Assembly (NCBI GenBank): GCA_002104945.1
Contig: MCFH01000073.1
Span: 124,001-188,000, forward strand
Source: Piromyces finnis finn
Taxonomy: Eukaryota; Fungi; Neocallimastigomycota
Reading direction: 5' to 3'
Length of the DNA stretch: 64,000 nucleotides
A model generated the notes under the pieces. It searched no databases, was not told the DNA's origin, and saw nothing but the letters and a program-made list of their open reading frames with translations. How positions within the stretch are numbered: position 1 is the first letter of the stretch; each line of letters opens with the position of its first letter. Made by a program: the position numbers and the translations under genes. This document shows positions 14,265 through 27,519 of this stretch, one piece after another.

Positions 14265-16751
14265 TAATGAATAAAATCTTTCTTTTAAAATAAAAGATTT
14301 TAATCTTTTATATAAGTTTTTTTTAGTTGAATTTCAAAGAATTAAAAAAGGTTGGAAATATTTTCTTCTTTTTATACAATTCTCTTTTCCTAATTTCATT
14401 AATAATTAGTGTATGATTAAATAATAAATTAAATAAATCTATTAATAATGATTAAATTAATAAATAAATAATAAAATAAATAAAATATGATAATACAATG
14501 ATAATTATTTCTTATTAATATAAAATAAATTAATTTTTTTTAAAGTTAATTAATAACAATATTAATTAAAATTAAAGTATGTACAAAACTACCAATCAAA
14601 GTTGAAATTTAAATTTGATTTATTCTTAAAAAAATTCATTTCAAAAGGGTATAGAAAAGCAGATAAAAGCGTTGGTTTAAACAACGAACAGTGAACAGGT
14701 AGTTATTTAGTTAAAGAACTAGTAAATAAATGATAATTTTAAATAATAAATAGTTATTATATAGTGTAATAGTTATACTAAATCAATAGAGAGTAGAAAT
14801 AATTAAAAAGTTGTAAAAATTAAATGATAGTCTTTCCTTACAGTACCTAATCATTGGAAATAATAAATTGTAGTAATATCCATAAACTTTAATGAAAACA
14901 CAATAACAAAATAAAAGAAAAAGGTAAGGAAGAAAATACTTTTTTAAAATACGATTTACTACCTTTTTTTAAATATTACATTGAAATATACCTTTTTTAA
15001 ATAATAAAACTTTCCAGATTTCTTTCCTTTCTTTTTTAAGAAGGCAGTGAATTTAAAATTTTAATTTTAATTTTAATATTAAAAAAAAAAAAAAATAATT
15101 TTAGAAAGTTCTTTAAACCACCATAATACTAAAAAAAAAAAAAAATTTAAATTAAAAAATTTTTAGTCTGAGCTTTGTGGGAAATAAACGAATGTTCCAA
15201 AAACCCTTCATAAAATCGCATCTTGAAAAATATAAAAATAACTCTTGAATTTAAATTGTTTTTTTTTTTTTTTTTTTTTGCTTTTTTTTTTAACTACTTT
15301 AAACTTTTTAATTACAGACACTGTTTTTTTTTTTTTTTTACTATTATTTATTATTATTTATTATTATTTCTTTTTGAACCATCATAACTACTTTAAATAT
15401 TTTTTTTTATTACAAGTATAAAAAAAAAAACTAAAAATTAACAATAAAAATTATAATTTAAAAAGGATTTAAATTGATACTCTCTTCTCTATTATACTAT
15501 ATAAAAACTTTTTGTTTTTTGTTTGGTGATTTGATTTTCACTTCCCTATTAGTTCTATTTTATAATAAATACTATTTATTATAAAAAAAAATAGTTTTTT
15601 TTTTTTTTGTCTTTTTAATTTATTTTTTGTTTTGTTTAGTTGTTTTTTTGTTTCTTGTTTTTTGTTTTTTTATTATTATTACTTTTATTATTAATTTTTT
15701 GATTTTCTGATTTAGCTTTATTTTATTAAAGAAAAATTGGCAAAAAAAAAGAGTATTAAATCTTAATACTACTTTTCCTTTTTTGTTTTTGTTTTTTTAA
15801 TTTTTACCATAACGAATAATAATAATAAAATAGACTAACTATTTTTTTTATTGATTATAATGGTTATTCGTTTTTTTTTTTTTTTTTTTTTTTTGTTTGT
15901 TTGTTTATTTTGATTTGTTTAGCTTCCTTCTTTATATAGTATAAGAGAATGAGAACAATTACAAAATTATTGAATATTCAAAAAAAAAAAAAATAATAAT
16001 AATAATAATAATAAATAAATTAATAATTGATATAAAATAATTTATTGAATGGCTATTATTACTGCTGTTTTACTGGATTTATACATAAAAAAAATAAATG
16101 ATTTTTCAAGCTTTTAAGTTTGTATATATAATAAAATAATAAAAAAAAAAAAAAATTAACCTGTAATTATTATATTCTATTATTAGAGTGTTTGTTGAGA
16201 GAAAAAAAAAAGTTGAATGAATAAAGGTGAGCGGTTTAACATTTCCGTAATTTTTTTTTTTTTTTTGGAAATCATTTTCATAAAATTATATAATTATAAT
16301 TATATTATTGCTATAACTGTTTTTAAATGAAAAATATTATTCATAAATACTTTTTTTTTTTGGTTGTATAGAATTCTCCAATCTATCTTTGAATGGAGGA
16401 ATAACAGTGTTCTTAACCTATATAATAGAATAACATGGTTGGTTGAATCATTTGATAAATTATGATGAAATTCATTAACATTTTTAACCTATAATAGAAG
16501 AAATGGATAAATCATGGTGGAATCATGTCCTAATTTTTTTTTTTTTTAATAACAGATAGTAAGTTTCATACCTTTTTTTTTTTTTCAACGGGGAGTAATT
16601 ATTATGTAAAAGTGTGTTGTAATTCAATTATAAATTATAAAGGTGTGAAATAAATTGACATTTTTATCATCCTTTTCTATGAAACTATTTAAATCATACA
16701 AGGAAAAGTGGTAAATAATGATTTCCAAAATAAAAAAAAAAAAAAAAAAAA

Positions 16752-19700
16752 CTATTTTTTAAGTTGAATCGATTTCATTATTTTTCCAAACCACTTCAAT
16801 GATTTGTTGGAGCCGTTACGTTTTGGGTAAGAGTTTGATTTATAAATATCGGCTTCACCATTCAATGGTAATTCTACATCTTCATTCTCTTCTCTTTCTT
16901 CCTTTTTCTTTTCTTTTTCTTCTTCTTCCCTACCTTTTTCTCCTTCAATTCTATGGGTCGTGGATTCAGGATCTTGTGAATATTTAATATCCTTTTCGGA
17001 GAAATAACTATTATTAATTGAATTTTCACTTCGATTATGTCCCAAGGTATAAAATTTTTTACCAACAGAAATATTCTTTTTATATCCATTGCTTCCGGTA
17101 AAAAGGGATTTGGATTTTGAATGCTTCTTAACATACCCATTCTCCTCTGGAAGAGTAAGACTGGTGCCATGACTACCACCTGATTTTAAAATATTCTTTC
17201 TTTTTGAGAAAAGGAAATTGGATGATTTTGTTTTCAATCCAGAACTATTTGATTTGACAAAATCGGCCACACCTTCAACATCTTCCGTATCTTCTTGACG
17301 AATAATATCATCTTCCATACTTTTTACAAAGGCATCATCTCCAAATGGAATGGATTTCAACATATTGACTGCTTGGGTATATTCTATATAATCATCGGAT
17401 TTTTGTTTTTCTCCTTCATCTTCTACTTCTTCATGGCGTTGTTCCATTCCTTCCTTTAAATTATCCTCTGAAAAGGATAAAGGATTTTCCAGCATTGAAC
17501 CTTGGGTATCATCAATTTTTTGACATTTATCATCTATAACTATTTGTGGTGGTGGCGCTGATGAGGAATGACGCTTTGGGTTGAGTTTCACCGTCGTTAC
17601 TTTTTCACGGCTGACCTCGAAATTTTGAGGATGAACGGAATGATCCTTGAAAAGATAGTCTTCGGGAGTGACAGAACCATCCGTTTTTTTATTAATAATA
17701 GATATTTTTTGTGGTTGGGTGTCGGGTGGATTGGAATAGCAGGTATCTATTGACCCATTAAATTTAGGATTGACATTGTAAAGGGGAAGGGAATAACGCT
17801 TATTTTGACTGGTATTGCTCACCGTGGTGCAAATACTATTACGATTACTTTGGGGTGCAAGAGATCGACTATTTCTTTTACTGCCACTATGACTACCTTT
17901 ACTTAGGTAGGGTGTATAGTTCACTTGAGATTCTGAATAACTTGGTTGATTTAGGAAGGGAGAGGAGTCGTCTCTATCCTCATGAAGGGTATTTGTACTA
18001 TTTGCTTTGGTATTAAATTTAGAACTCTTGAAATTTCTTGGTAGGGTAAGGGATGGGGCTCTTAAAAATGAAGCATTCTTGTGGGCATTCTTGGAAACTT
18101 TTTTATTTTTATCATTCTTTAAAAGATTCATGGCTTTGGAAAGCATAGATACCTTTTTTCCACCTCCACTGGTATATTTTTTAAATTCAAGATCTTCCTG
18201 AGTGTGGTAGGGATGAATGCCTTCATACACATAGAATGGATCATTCATACTACGACGACGAGGAGTGCAATTACCAGAGGTAGGATAGGAAGGATCTAAG
18301 GAATGATGTTGGACTGAATTGTCGTTACTTAAATTATTACTATTGTAGGAATGACGATGTTTCAGTGAATAAGGTGAAACAGAAATGAGACCGGCACTTA
18401 AACGTTTCGATCTACCAGGAACCATGGATGATATGGATAAGGAGGGATCGTAAATCAAACTACTTTTTGGTGCTGATGTGGAAAGTTTCGCGTGACCAAT
18501 TGGAACAGACTTAGTTTTCTTTGAGGTCATTGGGGATGGATCAAAATAATGACCATTAGTATCTCTTTCATTTTCACCTTCGACATATTTTTTTCCATCA
18601 ACAACAATGGTTGGCTTTTTATTGTGTTTTGGCAATATAATGACGGTGGGGATATACTCCTCTTGTTCATTTAATACTTTTCTAAAGGTATAAATTAAAA
18701 TTTCAGCTTCTTTCGCGTCTAATGGATTAGTACTATCGATATTTTCATTGTACATGGAAAATGCAAAATCAACAGAAGACTGTTGAGATGTGGGTGGTGT
18801 TGGATAAGAATTGGAAGAAGTGGTAGACCTATCTTTAGAAATGGTATCTAATTCTACATCTTTTTGAATGAATTCCTCCAGCAAAGTGACAACATTATCT
18901 ATTTCATCATAATTTACCAGTAAGGAATAACCCAAATATTTTATTATTTTTCTTTGAAACATGATTAAATCATCAGTATCCATTTTTGCGGCTTTTGCCC
19001 AATATTTTGCTGGTAATTGATGAACATCTTGAATAAATTTATCGCCCATCATCACCAACACTGGAAATACAAATGTTTCACTACGAGGGGTCACCACATC
19101 ATTGGGGATACCTTCTCTTAATTTGAACAGGTAGACAATAGCGTAGAGAATGACAAATGGATTTGGACTTGTTTTAATCATAAATTGATATATAAAACGA
19201 CGATAGGCGAAAAAGTAATTTTTTTCTTTTGTGTCAGCTTCACCAATAGCATCATAGACTTCATCTATAAATGTATCGGAGGGATGAATATTTGGATGTT
19301 GCCATAAAAAGAAGGTAGTGATAGTAATAAAATCAATCCATTGTTCCACTGAAATTTGTAACAATACATCCGCATCAAAACTATAAAACAGACCAACTTC
19401 ATTTTGAGCTTGTTTTGTTAAACGCATAGTACGTTTTCGATGCATTCTTTGAGATTTTATAAAAGTGTTTTCACAAATAGGAATACCTTTAGTAAAGGAG
19501 ACATTAGCTTTTCTAGCTGTATTGGTATTGACATTGGCTAATAAATGATTTTTATAGGTAAAAGAAGAAGATAATATATTTCCAGTTATACCATTAGTAA
19601 TATCACGCGTTAACGTAGGTTGATAGGATTGAGAGTATAAATTATCTTGTGGTAATAAATGAACATTTGATGGGCTAACCAAGGAAGAAGAGCCTGTTTT

Positions 19701-20168
19701 TCCCTCTTTTATATTAATATTTTGGTCACTTTGATAGGAAGAAACTTGTTCCAATTGAGAAGATGATTTAGAATTACTAAATATGGAATTATTATTATCT
19801 GCACTAGATAAGAAAGCATTTGAAGCCTTTGGATTATAAGAGAATTGATTTAATGCTGTAGGTGGTGGTGGAGGTTGTATTGCGATAGGTGATGATGCAT
19901 CTATATTTTTATTAGAATAAGAATAAGAGTTTCCCTCTTCCTCTTTTGGAAGAAAATTTTTTATATTTTCCATTTTACTATGATTTTGTTCAATATTAAT
20001 TGGACTTGAAGCCATAGCCTTTGGAATTATATTTTCTTTAGTTGAATTTCCTTTTGGATTTAATAAAATTGAAATTTGACTTTTATTAGGATTATTCACT
20101 ACAGTGGTTTCCGTGATTTGAATGGCAGCGGTATTTTCTGATTCATTTACCATTGATATATTTGCCAT
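16752..20168 (-). CDS. Large low-complexity protein with a central PCL/Pho80-type cyclin box
   Basis: Single 1138-aa ORF. The segment FIYQFMIKTSPNPFVILYAIVYLFKLR...FVFPVLVMMGDKFIQD...KYWAKAAKMDTDDLIMFQRKIIKYLGYSLLV matches the PCL cyclin pattern (LxLAxKxxxD...W...E..fL..l.y.L.v). The flanks are S/N/P-rich. Confidence 0.72.
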   Translation of the reverse strand: MANISMVNESENTAAIQITETTVVNNPNKSQISILLNPKGNSTKENIIPKAMASSPINIEQNHSKMENIKNFLPKEEEGNSYSYSNKNIDASSPIAIQPPPPPTALNQFSYNPKASNAFLSSADNNNSIFSNSKSSSQLEQVSSYQSDQNINIKEGKTGSSSLVSPSNVHLLPQDNLYSQSYQPTLTRDITNGITGNILSSSFTYKNHLLANVNTNTARKANVSFTKGIPICENTFIKSQRMHRKRTMRLTKQAQNEVGLFYSFDADVLLQISVEQWIDFITITTFFLWQHPNIHPSDTFIDEVYDAIGEADTKEKNYFFAYRRFIYQFMIKTSPNPFVILYAIVYLFKLREGIPNDVVTPRSETFVFPVLVMMGDKFIQDVHQLPAKYWAKAAKMDTDDLIMFQRKIIKYLGYSLLVNYDEIDNVVTLLEEFIQKDVELDTISKDRSTTSSNSYPTPPTSQQSSVDFAFSMYNENIDSTNPLDAKEAEILIYTFRKVLNEQEEYIPTVIILPKHNKKPTIVVDGKKYVEGENERDTNGHYFDPSPMTSKKTKSVPIGHAKLSTSAPKSSLIYDPSLSISSMVPGRSKRLSAGLISVSPYSLKHRHSYNSNNLSNDNSVQHHSLDPSYPTSGNCTPRRRSMNDPFYVYEGIHPYHTQEDLEFKKYTSGGGKKVSMLSKAMNLLKNDKNKKVSKNAHKNASFLRAPSLTLPRNFKSSKFNTKANSTNTLHEDRDDSSPFLNQPSYSESQVNYTPYLSKGSHSGSKRNSRSLAPQSNRNSICTTVSNTSQNKRYSLPLYNVNPKFNGSIDTCYSNPPDTQPQKISIINKKTDGSVTPEDYLFKDHSVHPQNFEVSREKVTTVKLNPKRHSSSAPPPQIVIDDKCQKIDDTQGSMLENPLSFSEDNLKEGMEQRHEEVEDEGEKQKSDDYIEYTQAVNMLKSIPFGDDAFVKSMEDDIIRQEDTEDVEGVADFVKSNSSGLKTKSSNFLFSKRKNILKSGGSHGTSLTLPEENGYVKKHSKSKSLFTGSNGYKKNISVGKKFYTLGHNRSENSINNSYFSEKDIKYSQDPESTTHRIEGEKGREEEEKEKKKEEREENEDVELPLNGEADIYKSNSYPKRNGSNKSLKWFGKIMKSIQLKK

Positions 20169-20709
20169 ATCTTTTTGTTATATATAAAATATTAAAAAAT
20201 TAAATGTTTTTTTTTTTCTTATGACGTTTACCGTTATAGAAATATAAAGAGATGTCGTTTAGTTTTACTAAACTTTTAAAAGAATATATTAATCTAAATT
20301 TTTATTGTATTATAAGAAAAAATAAAAATTAATTAGTTTTATGTATATATTATTTTTTCAAATAGAATTTTAAATTTATAATAGAAAAAAAAAGAAAATA
20401 CTTTATTTGAGGTGTCTTTCCTTTTAATTATTTACAAAAATAAATAAATAAATATTAAAACAGTGAAAAAAAAAAATATGTTTCAATTATTAAAAAAAAT
20501 ATCAAAATTTTGTAAATTGTAGAAAGCTTTTTTTTTCCTTTAGTTTATTTTTTCTAAAAAAGAAAAAAAACTTTAATTATTTTACTATATTTTTAAACTA
20601 GATAATAATTTACTATATTTTTCTAGAGTAATATAATTATTTGCAAAATTTAAAAAATAGTATTTTTCCTTATTATGTGTATATGTGTAATTTGTCTGTA
20701 TGTGTGTGT

Positions 20710-20749
<40 letters not shown>

Positions 20750-23239
20750 GAGTTTTCACATTTATTGTTTAAATTATTTGGTATTATTGAGCTTTATTCT
20801 TTTTTCAAATTAACATTTAGTAATTTTATATATATTTTTATAATTTTTACTCTTTTTTTTTTTAATTCTTATTATTATTATTATTATTATTATTATTGTT
20901 ATTGTTATTGTTATTGTTATTATAATTTGACATTTTTTAAAGGTTGTTGTTGTTCTACTATTGATTTTTTTTTTTTTTTTCCTTTAAATAATTTATATAA
21001 TAATTATTAAAATTTAAATATTCAGATAGTTTTTTTTTTCATTATAAATAAATAAAAAAAGAAAAAAGAAAAAGGAATTATCTTTTTCTTTTTTTCCTTA
21101 TGTTCTTAAATTCTTTTATATATATATATATAATAACAATGAAAACTTTTAAAAAATTGAAATTTAAAATTTTTAAATTTTAGATTTAAAAAAAAATTAA
21201 GAAAAGAAAAAAGAAAAAAAAATATAAAAATTTTTAATTTCAATTTTTTATATTGCAATTTTTACATAAAAAATTTTTTTAAAAAAATTAGAATTTACTT
21301 GTTAATATATGGAAATGAATTCAATATCATAGATTAAAATTTATTTATTCATATTATTAATGTATTTAATTAATAGTAATTATTTATTTATTTTTATAAT
21401 ATTTATTCATTTATATTTTGTCTACCTTATCAAACAAAAAATGAAAAGGTACATTTTTATACTGCATTTTTTGTATTTCCTGCATTCCATACATTAATTT
21501 ATTTAAATAAGCGTTTAATTTTTAGTTAACAACTTTTTATTATTTTTTCTTTTTTCAATCTAAGCATTAAAATCCTTTTTTTTTTTATTATTATTTAAAA
21601 ACTTTTAACTTTTTTTGCCTCAATACACCAAACTTTTTTTTTATTCTTCCTTAAATTCACCACTCACCAACACCTATCAACCACTCATCAGCCATTCACT
21701 ACCACTATCAACCACCATCAATAAATTATTTATGGTTGTCATGGATTAAACCTTATTTAATAATAAACTTAAAATTTAATTTATTAGATTAATTTCAAAT
21801 CCTTTCTTTTTTTTTAAATGAAATAGAATGGATTATATATATTAATATTAATTGATAATATATATTTTTAATGAAAATTAATTTTAATATTAATATATTA
21901 TATTATATATCATAAGATTGACTTATTTAATGGTATTTTTTAATTTATTAATAAAAGACCATATATTATATTATATATTAATATGTGTGATATTTTAATT
22001 TTTTATATTGTGTAATTTATTTATATTATATTGAACTCAACAGAACATCAACTGATAAAAAAACAGAAAATAAAAATTAATTATAAATAAATAGGTAAGT
22101 GAACAAATAAATAATTGTATAAATAAATTAATAGATAAATAAATGAACATATAAATAAGTAAATAAATAACTAATAAACAAATAATAGTTAATAATATTA
22201 AATAAGGATTTGACTATTAATAAATATTAATTATTAATTGTTATAATAATAAATGTTAGAGTAACCTCTTTTATTATTAATTAATAATAATTATTATTAT
22301 TATAATATTAATTTTTCATTTATTATTATTAATTAGATGAACTAGTCTAGACCTCTTTATATTAAAAAATATTATTAATAGTAATAAAAAAAAAAAGTCA
22401 TTCTTTGTTTAGTCTAAACTATTAATAGAATAAAGAACATTTCATAGAATAAAAGGTGCATTAAATAAAAAGAGTATTCCATTAAAACACTTGTGAATTC
22501 TTAATAATATTTATAGGATAAGGAATATGCATCAATGAGATGATATTTATAGGATAAGGAATATGCATCAATGTGATGATAATACATATTCTATTTGTAC
22601 CAAGATAATTATAATAAAATAATGAAAATGTCTAACAAGCAATTTAACTAAGCGAAATAAATTATTCTTTATATAAAAGAAATTCATTTCATTTTATTAT
22701 ATAATATGGCATTACTTTTAATACTCTATAAATATTAAAAAAAAGTATTCATGGTTTCTTTTTATTAATAACAATAATAAAGGAAGGATCCTTTTTTTTT
22801 TTCTTTTCCACCTATTTTTTACCAGAAGGAATCTTTGTGAGATTTAAAAAAAAAAGGAAAAATTTTTTGACATGAAATGGATCGTTTCTGTGAATTGAAA
22901 GGTTAGATTTAAAAGAGGAATCTTTATCTAAAAAAGGAATTTAATCAAAATTTTAACCAATAAAATTCCTTGAATCATCTGTACAATAAATTTTAGTTTA
23001 TAATAAAAAAGGAATGTTTTTACTTTTTTTTTAAAAATATGTAACAAATGAATGTTTCATTTTTTAATTTATTTAATATATTTATATTAGATATTATTAA
23101 TTAGCAAATATACTGTAATATATTGAATAATTAATTTAATTAACTTAAATAGAATTAAAGTTTAAAGTGAAGAAGAAGAAGAAGTTAAGAAAAAAAAACA
23201 TGAAATTTTTAAAAATTATTTTCAAAGGTAATTATAATA

Positions 23240-23700
23240 AGGGTTGGTGGTAGTAGAGGTGGTGGTGGTGGTGGTGGTAATAATAATAGTTGGTAGAAGT
23301 AGTAGTAGTAGTAATAGTGATGGTGATGGTGATGGTGGTGGTGATGGTGGTGGTAATAATAATAGTTGGTAGAAGTAGTAGTAGTAGTAATAGTGATGGT
23401 GGTGGTGATGGTGGTGGTAATAATAATAGTTGGTAGAAGTAGTAGTAATAGTGATGGTGATGGTGATGGTGATGGTAATAATAATAGTTAGTAGTAGTTG
23501 TAATAGTAGTAGTAGTAGTAGTAGTAGTAATAGTGATGGTGATGGTGATGGTGATGGTGGTGGTAATAATAATAGTTGGTAGAAGTAGTAGTAATAGTGA
23601 TGGTGATGGTGATGGTGGTGGTGGTGGTAATAATAATAGTTGGTAGTAGTTGTAATAGTAGTAGTAGTAGTAGTAGTAATAGTGATGGTGATGATAATAA
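23240..23700. repeat. Compound GGT/AGT/GAT/AAT triplet minisatellite
   Basis: About seven imperfect units of GGTAATAATAATAGTTGGTAGAAGTAGT...AATAGTGATGGTGATGGT. It generates the spurious poly-T/H/Y ORFs in the track. Confidence 0.9.
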
Positions 23701-26700
23701 CAATGATTTGGTAATAACATTTTAATCATAATGTTGATATGATAATATATTGAATATCAAATGAGTATTTATTATATATTAATTTTATTTATAGGTTACT
23801 ACTATTCTACTAAAACTACTACTGCTATTCTACTAAAAACTAATACTATAAATATTAATATTAATACCTGTACTAATATACTAATACTACTACCATTTAA
23901 TACTACTACCATTTAATGCTACTACCATTTAATGCCACTACTATTATTACCTACTATATATCTATAAATATACTCTGGATATTTAAAGTCTTTTTTTCAT
24001 TTCTTTTTATTCTTTCTTTTTTACCCTTAAAAATGTTCAGCAAAAGTCCGAATTAAGAATAAAAAAGCGGATCATTAATTTTTAAAATCTCATTATAAAT
24101 AATTGAATTTAATATATTAGCGCAACATATTAACAGTCAACTGTAGATATTGTATACAAAAACTAAAAATCAAATTGACTTTTAAAAAAAGTTAAAAAAA
24201 AAAAAGCAAGAAAATAAGTAAAAGAAAAGGGAAAGGGAAAAGAAAGAAAAAGTTATGATCTTTTTAAATATAAAAAAAATATTTTGAATAATAAGTTTTT
24301 TTTTATTCTTTGTATAATGCGAGTTTTTTTTTTTTTAATTTCTTTTATTAAGCATCATGCAGAGTCATGACATGACTAATAAATCAATGTTTTTTTTTTT
24401 TTTTAAAAAATGTAATTTATAGTAATTCTTTGTTTATAATGGTTTAATTATTAATTCTATTTTAGTTTTTCTAAGATAAATACATGAAAGAAAAGATTGA
24501 AAATGATGCCAAACCTAAAATAGTGAGGATTCATTCTAAATATATATAAATATTGTTATCAATATAAATATTCAACATAAGCATCAATAACAACATACAT
24601 AATAATTATAGTGTTATCAATATAGATATACAACATAAGCATCACTACATAACACCAAATCACTTTATTCTCTTCAAAAAATATTGAATTTTTTAATTAA
24701 ATAAAAATGGACTTTTTAACTTTTAAATTAAATTTTTAAATATATATATTTTTTTTTAATTAAAAAGTTTATATAAAAAAAAAAAAAGAAAAGAAATAGT
24801 TGCAAATAGATACAATTATTCAATAACTTGCAAACTTTTTTTTTCTTTTATTAATAATAATTGTTGTAATAGAGTATAATAAAGTACTTTATTTAATAAT
24901 ATTTAATTTTCATTATAAATACTTTGATTCCCTAATAAAAGATATTAATACATTTGTATATTTATGTATATTTAAATTTATTTTACCTAAAAAAAAGTTT
25001 AAAGTTTTTTTTTTATGCAATTTAAGTAATTGAATGTTGTTTTAATGCATTGCTCTTGTAGATTAAAAAAATGTAGTTTTTAAAGAATTTAAGGTTAAAT
25101 ATAAAAAAAAAGTAATTTATTTTTTAGGGTAATTTTTTTGAAAACTAAAGTAGAAAAAGGAAGGTCAATGTAAAATAATAAAGAATTAGAAACCTTTTAT
25201 TATTAAATTTGAATTCCTCTTTCTTTTATTATTTAATATAAAATTATTCATTGAGGTATTAATAAGAGAAAAAATTAAAGGATTTTATTTTTTTATTATT
25301 AAAATTAGGGTTGTACCTTTTGTCATTTCAAGAATATTAAAAAAGAATAGTAAATAATAATATTAACAAAAGAAAAAAAAATATTTATTTCATTATAAAA
25401 GGTATTTTTTTTATAATGAGAGATAACATCCTATCAGGTTAATGATAATTTCCTGACCTTGTTAATGTTACAGCATCATTTTATAAAAACCTTATCTTAT
25501 TTATGATATTATAAAAACCTAACCCATACAATAAATAAAAAGTTCATAGGCTATATTATAAATTATAAAAAAAGGTATATACTTTAAATTAATAAAAATA
25601 CAAAAAAATGGTAAAATGATGTAAAGCTTTTTTTCTTTTTTTTTTTTACTGTTGTTGGTTTAGGATTGTGGTATTAAATTATAATTTTTTATATAATATT
25701 TATAATGTCGATTTTTCTAACAATATAAAAAAGCAAATGGAAATGTTAAGTACAATGTAATGCAAAGTAAAACAATATTGAATGATTCTTGTATAGACAT
25801 CAAATAAAGTTATACATCGATAAAATAATTTAATTCTACTTTTACATCATTAATAATAAAATGATAATATTTTTTTAAAACAAAAAAGAAAAGTTGTTAT
25901 CTTTTCATTTATTAATAAAAATAGATAATTATAAAAAGAGTTTAATAAAAATTATAAACTATCAATTATATATAAATTAGGTAAAAAAGAAAAAATAAAT
26001 AATTAATATATGTTTTGTAAAAAAAAAAATTAATATCAATAAAGATATTCATTTCTTTATAGTAATAATTACAATAACATAGGCAACAGCAAACAATAAT
26101 TATTATTGTTTTGAATAGTTAAAAAGAATGCATTATATGTATTGTAAATAGACGAATTGGATAATAATCGATCAATAAATTTATATTAAAGCAGTTTTAT
26201 AGTCTTTTTTTTTTTTTTTTAAAAAAAAAAAAATCATTTGGGTGAGAATGTTTTATAAAACAATAATATCATAAAATCTAATAGAATAACAAAAAAAAAA
26301 TTATTAGATTTTAAATATATATATTTATATTCTTTTTTTAAAAACTTTTTATATTTATATTTTCTTATGATTTTGGGTTTTGATTATAATAATATTTGCA
26401 ACTACTAAATTTTTTTTTTTATAATTGTTATTTAAAATATCTTTTATTTTTAAATATTAAAAAAAAAAAAGTTTTTAAAAAATATTAATTACTTTAGGGT
26501 TTTAGGGTATTTTTCTTTCTTTTTTTATTTGCAATAATATTAAGTAGTGATAATACTTTTTTTTTTCTTTAAAAAAAGGAATAGTAATACAAAAATAATC
26601 AGTTCAGTAGTTTTAATAAAATGTAGAATACTTTACTTTATTAAATCCATTTAATTAATAATTAATAATACTAATATTTAAATATGTAAATATATATGAT

Positions 26701-27418
26701 AAGTATCATTTTAACTCTAATAGTAAAAGCATTCAAGATTAAAAGCATTCATACTACTTATCTATTAAAACATTAAAACACTTTTGAGGTGGTGGTGTTT
26801 AAATTTTTTGATTTAAAAAGAATTTTCTAAATTTATCTTTTTTTTTTTTTTTGTTTCATATTAAATAAATAAATAAATGAATAATAAAATAAATAAATGA
26901 ATAATAAAATAAATAAATGAATAATAAAATAAATAAATAAATAAATAACTAGTTAAATAAATTTATACTAAATAAATAAATAAATAAATATTAATATAAT
27001 ACTTTAAATAAATATTGGTCATATGAAATGAAAATCAAACGCCGCCGTTCATCTTATTAAAGTTCTATTATAAAAATTCATCCAACTGCTTTTATATATA
27101 TAAAAAAGAGAAAGTTTAAAAGATTTTTTTTTTAAAGTATATTATTCATTCTATCATTATTACTATTGAATGTACCTTTTTACATTTAATATTTTCTATC
27201 TAGGTAATAATTATAATAATAATAAGAATGTATTATCTTTTTTTTCTTTCTCCTTTGCTTGTACTCTTTACAACGCCCTTTTTTTTCATTAGTTATATTG
27301 AAAAATATATTAATTATTAATATTTATTAAAAAAATTAAATTCATACCATTAAAAAAAAGTTGTTTTTTTGAAAGTATGAAAAAATAATCAATGATTACT
27401 TTTATTTCTTTATTAACA

Positions 27419-27451
<33 letters not shown>

Positions 27452-27465
27452 ATTCCTTTATTATT

Positions 27466-27476
27466 ACTTTTAAAAC

Positions 27477-27480
<4 letters not shown>
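27466..27480. repeat. Target-site duplication of LINE copy 1 (partner 33173-33187)
   Basis: ACTTTTAAAACTATT occurs exactly at 27466-27480 and 33173-33187, flanking the element. Confidence 0.9.

Positions 27481-27519
<39 letters not shown>

Noticed and set aside
20675-21010. 111-aa plus-strand ORF
   Set aside because: Made of poly-A, (TAT)n and poly-T tracts; spurious.
23232-23729. ORFs of 165 aa and 71 aa on the minus strand
   Set aside because: Translations of a triplet minisatellite (poly-T/H/Y/L), with no domain or splice support.
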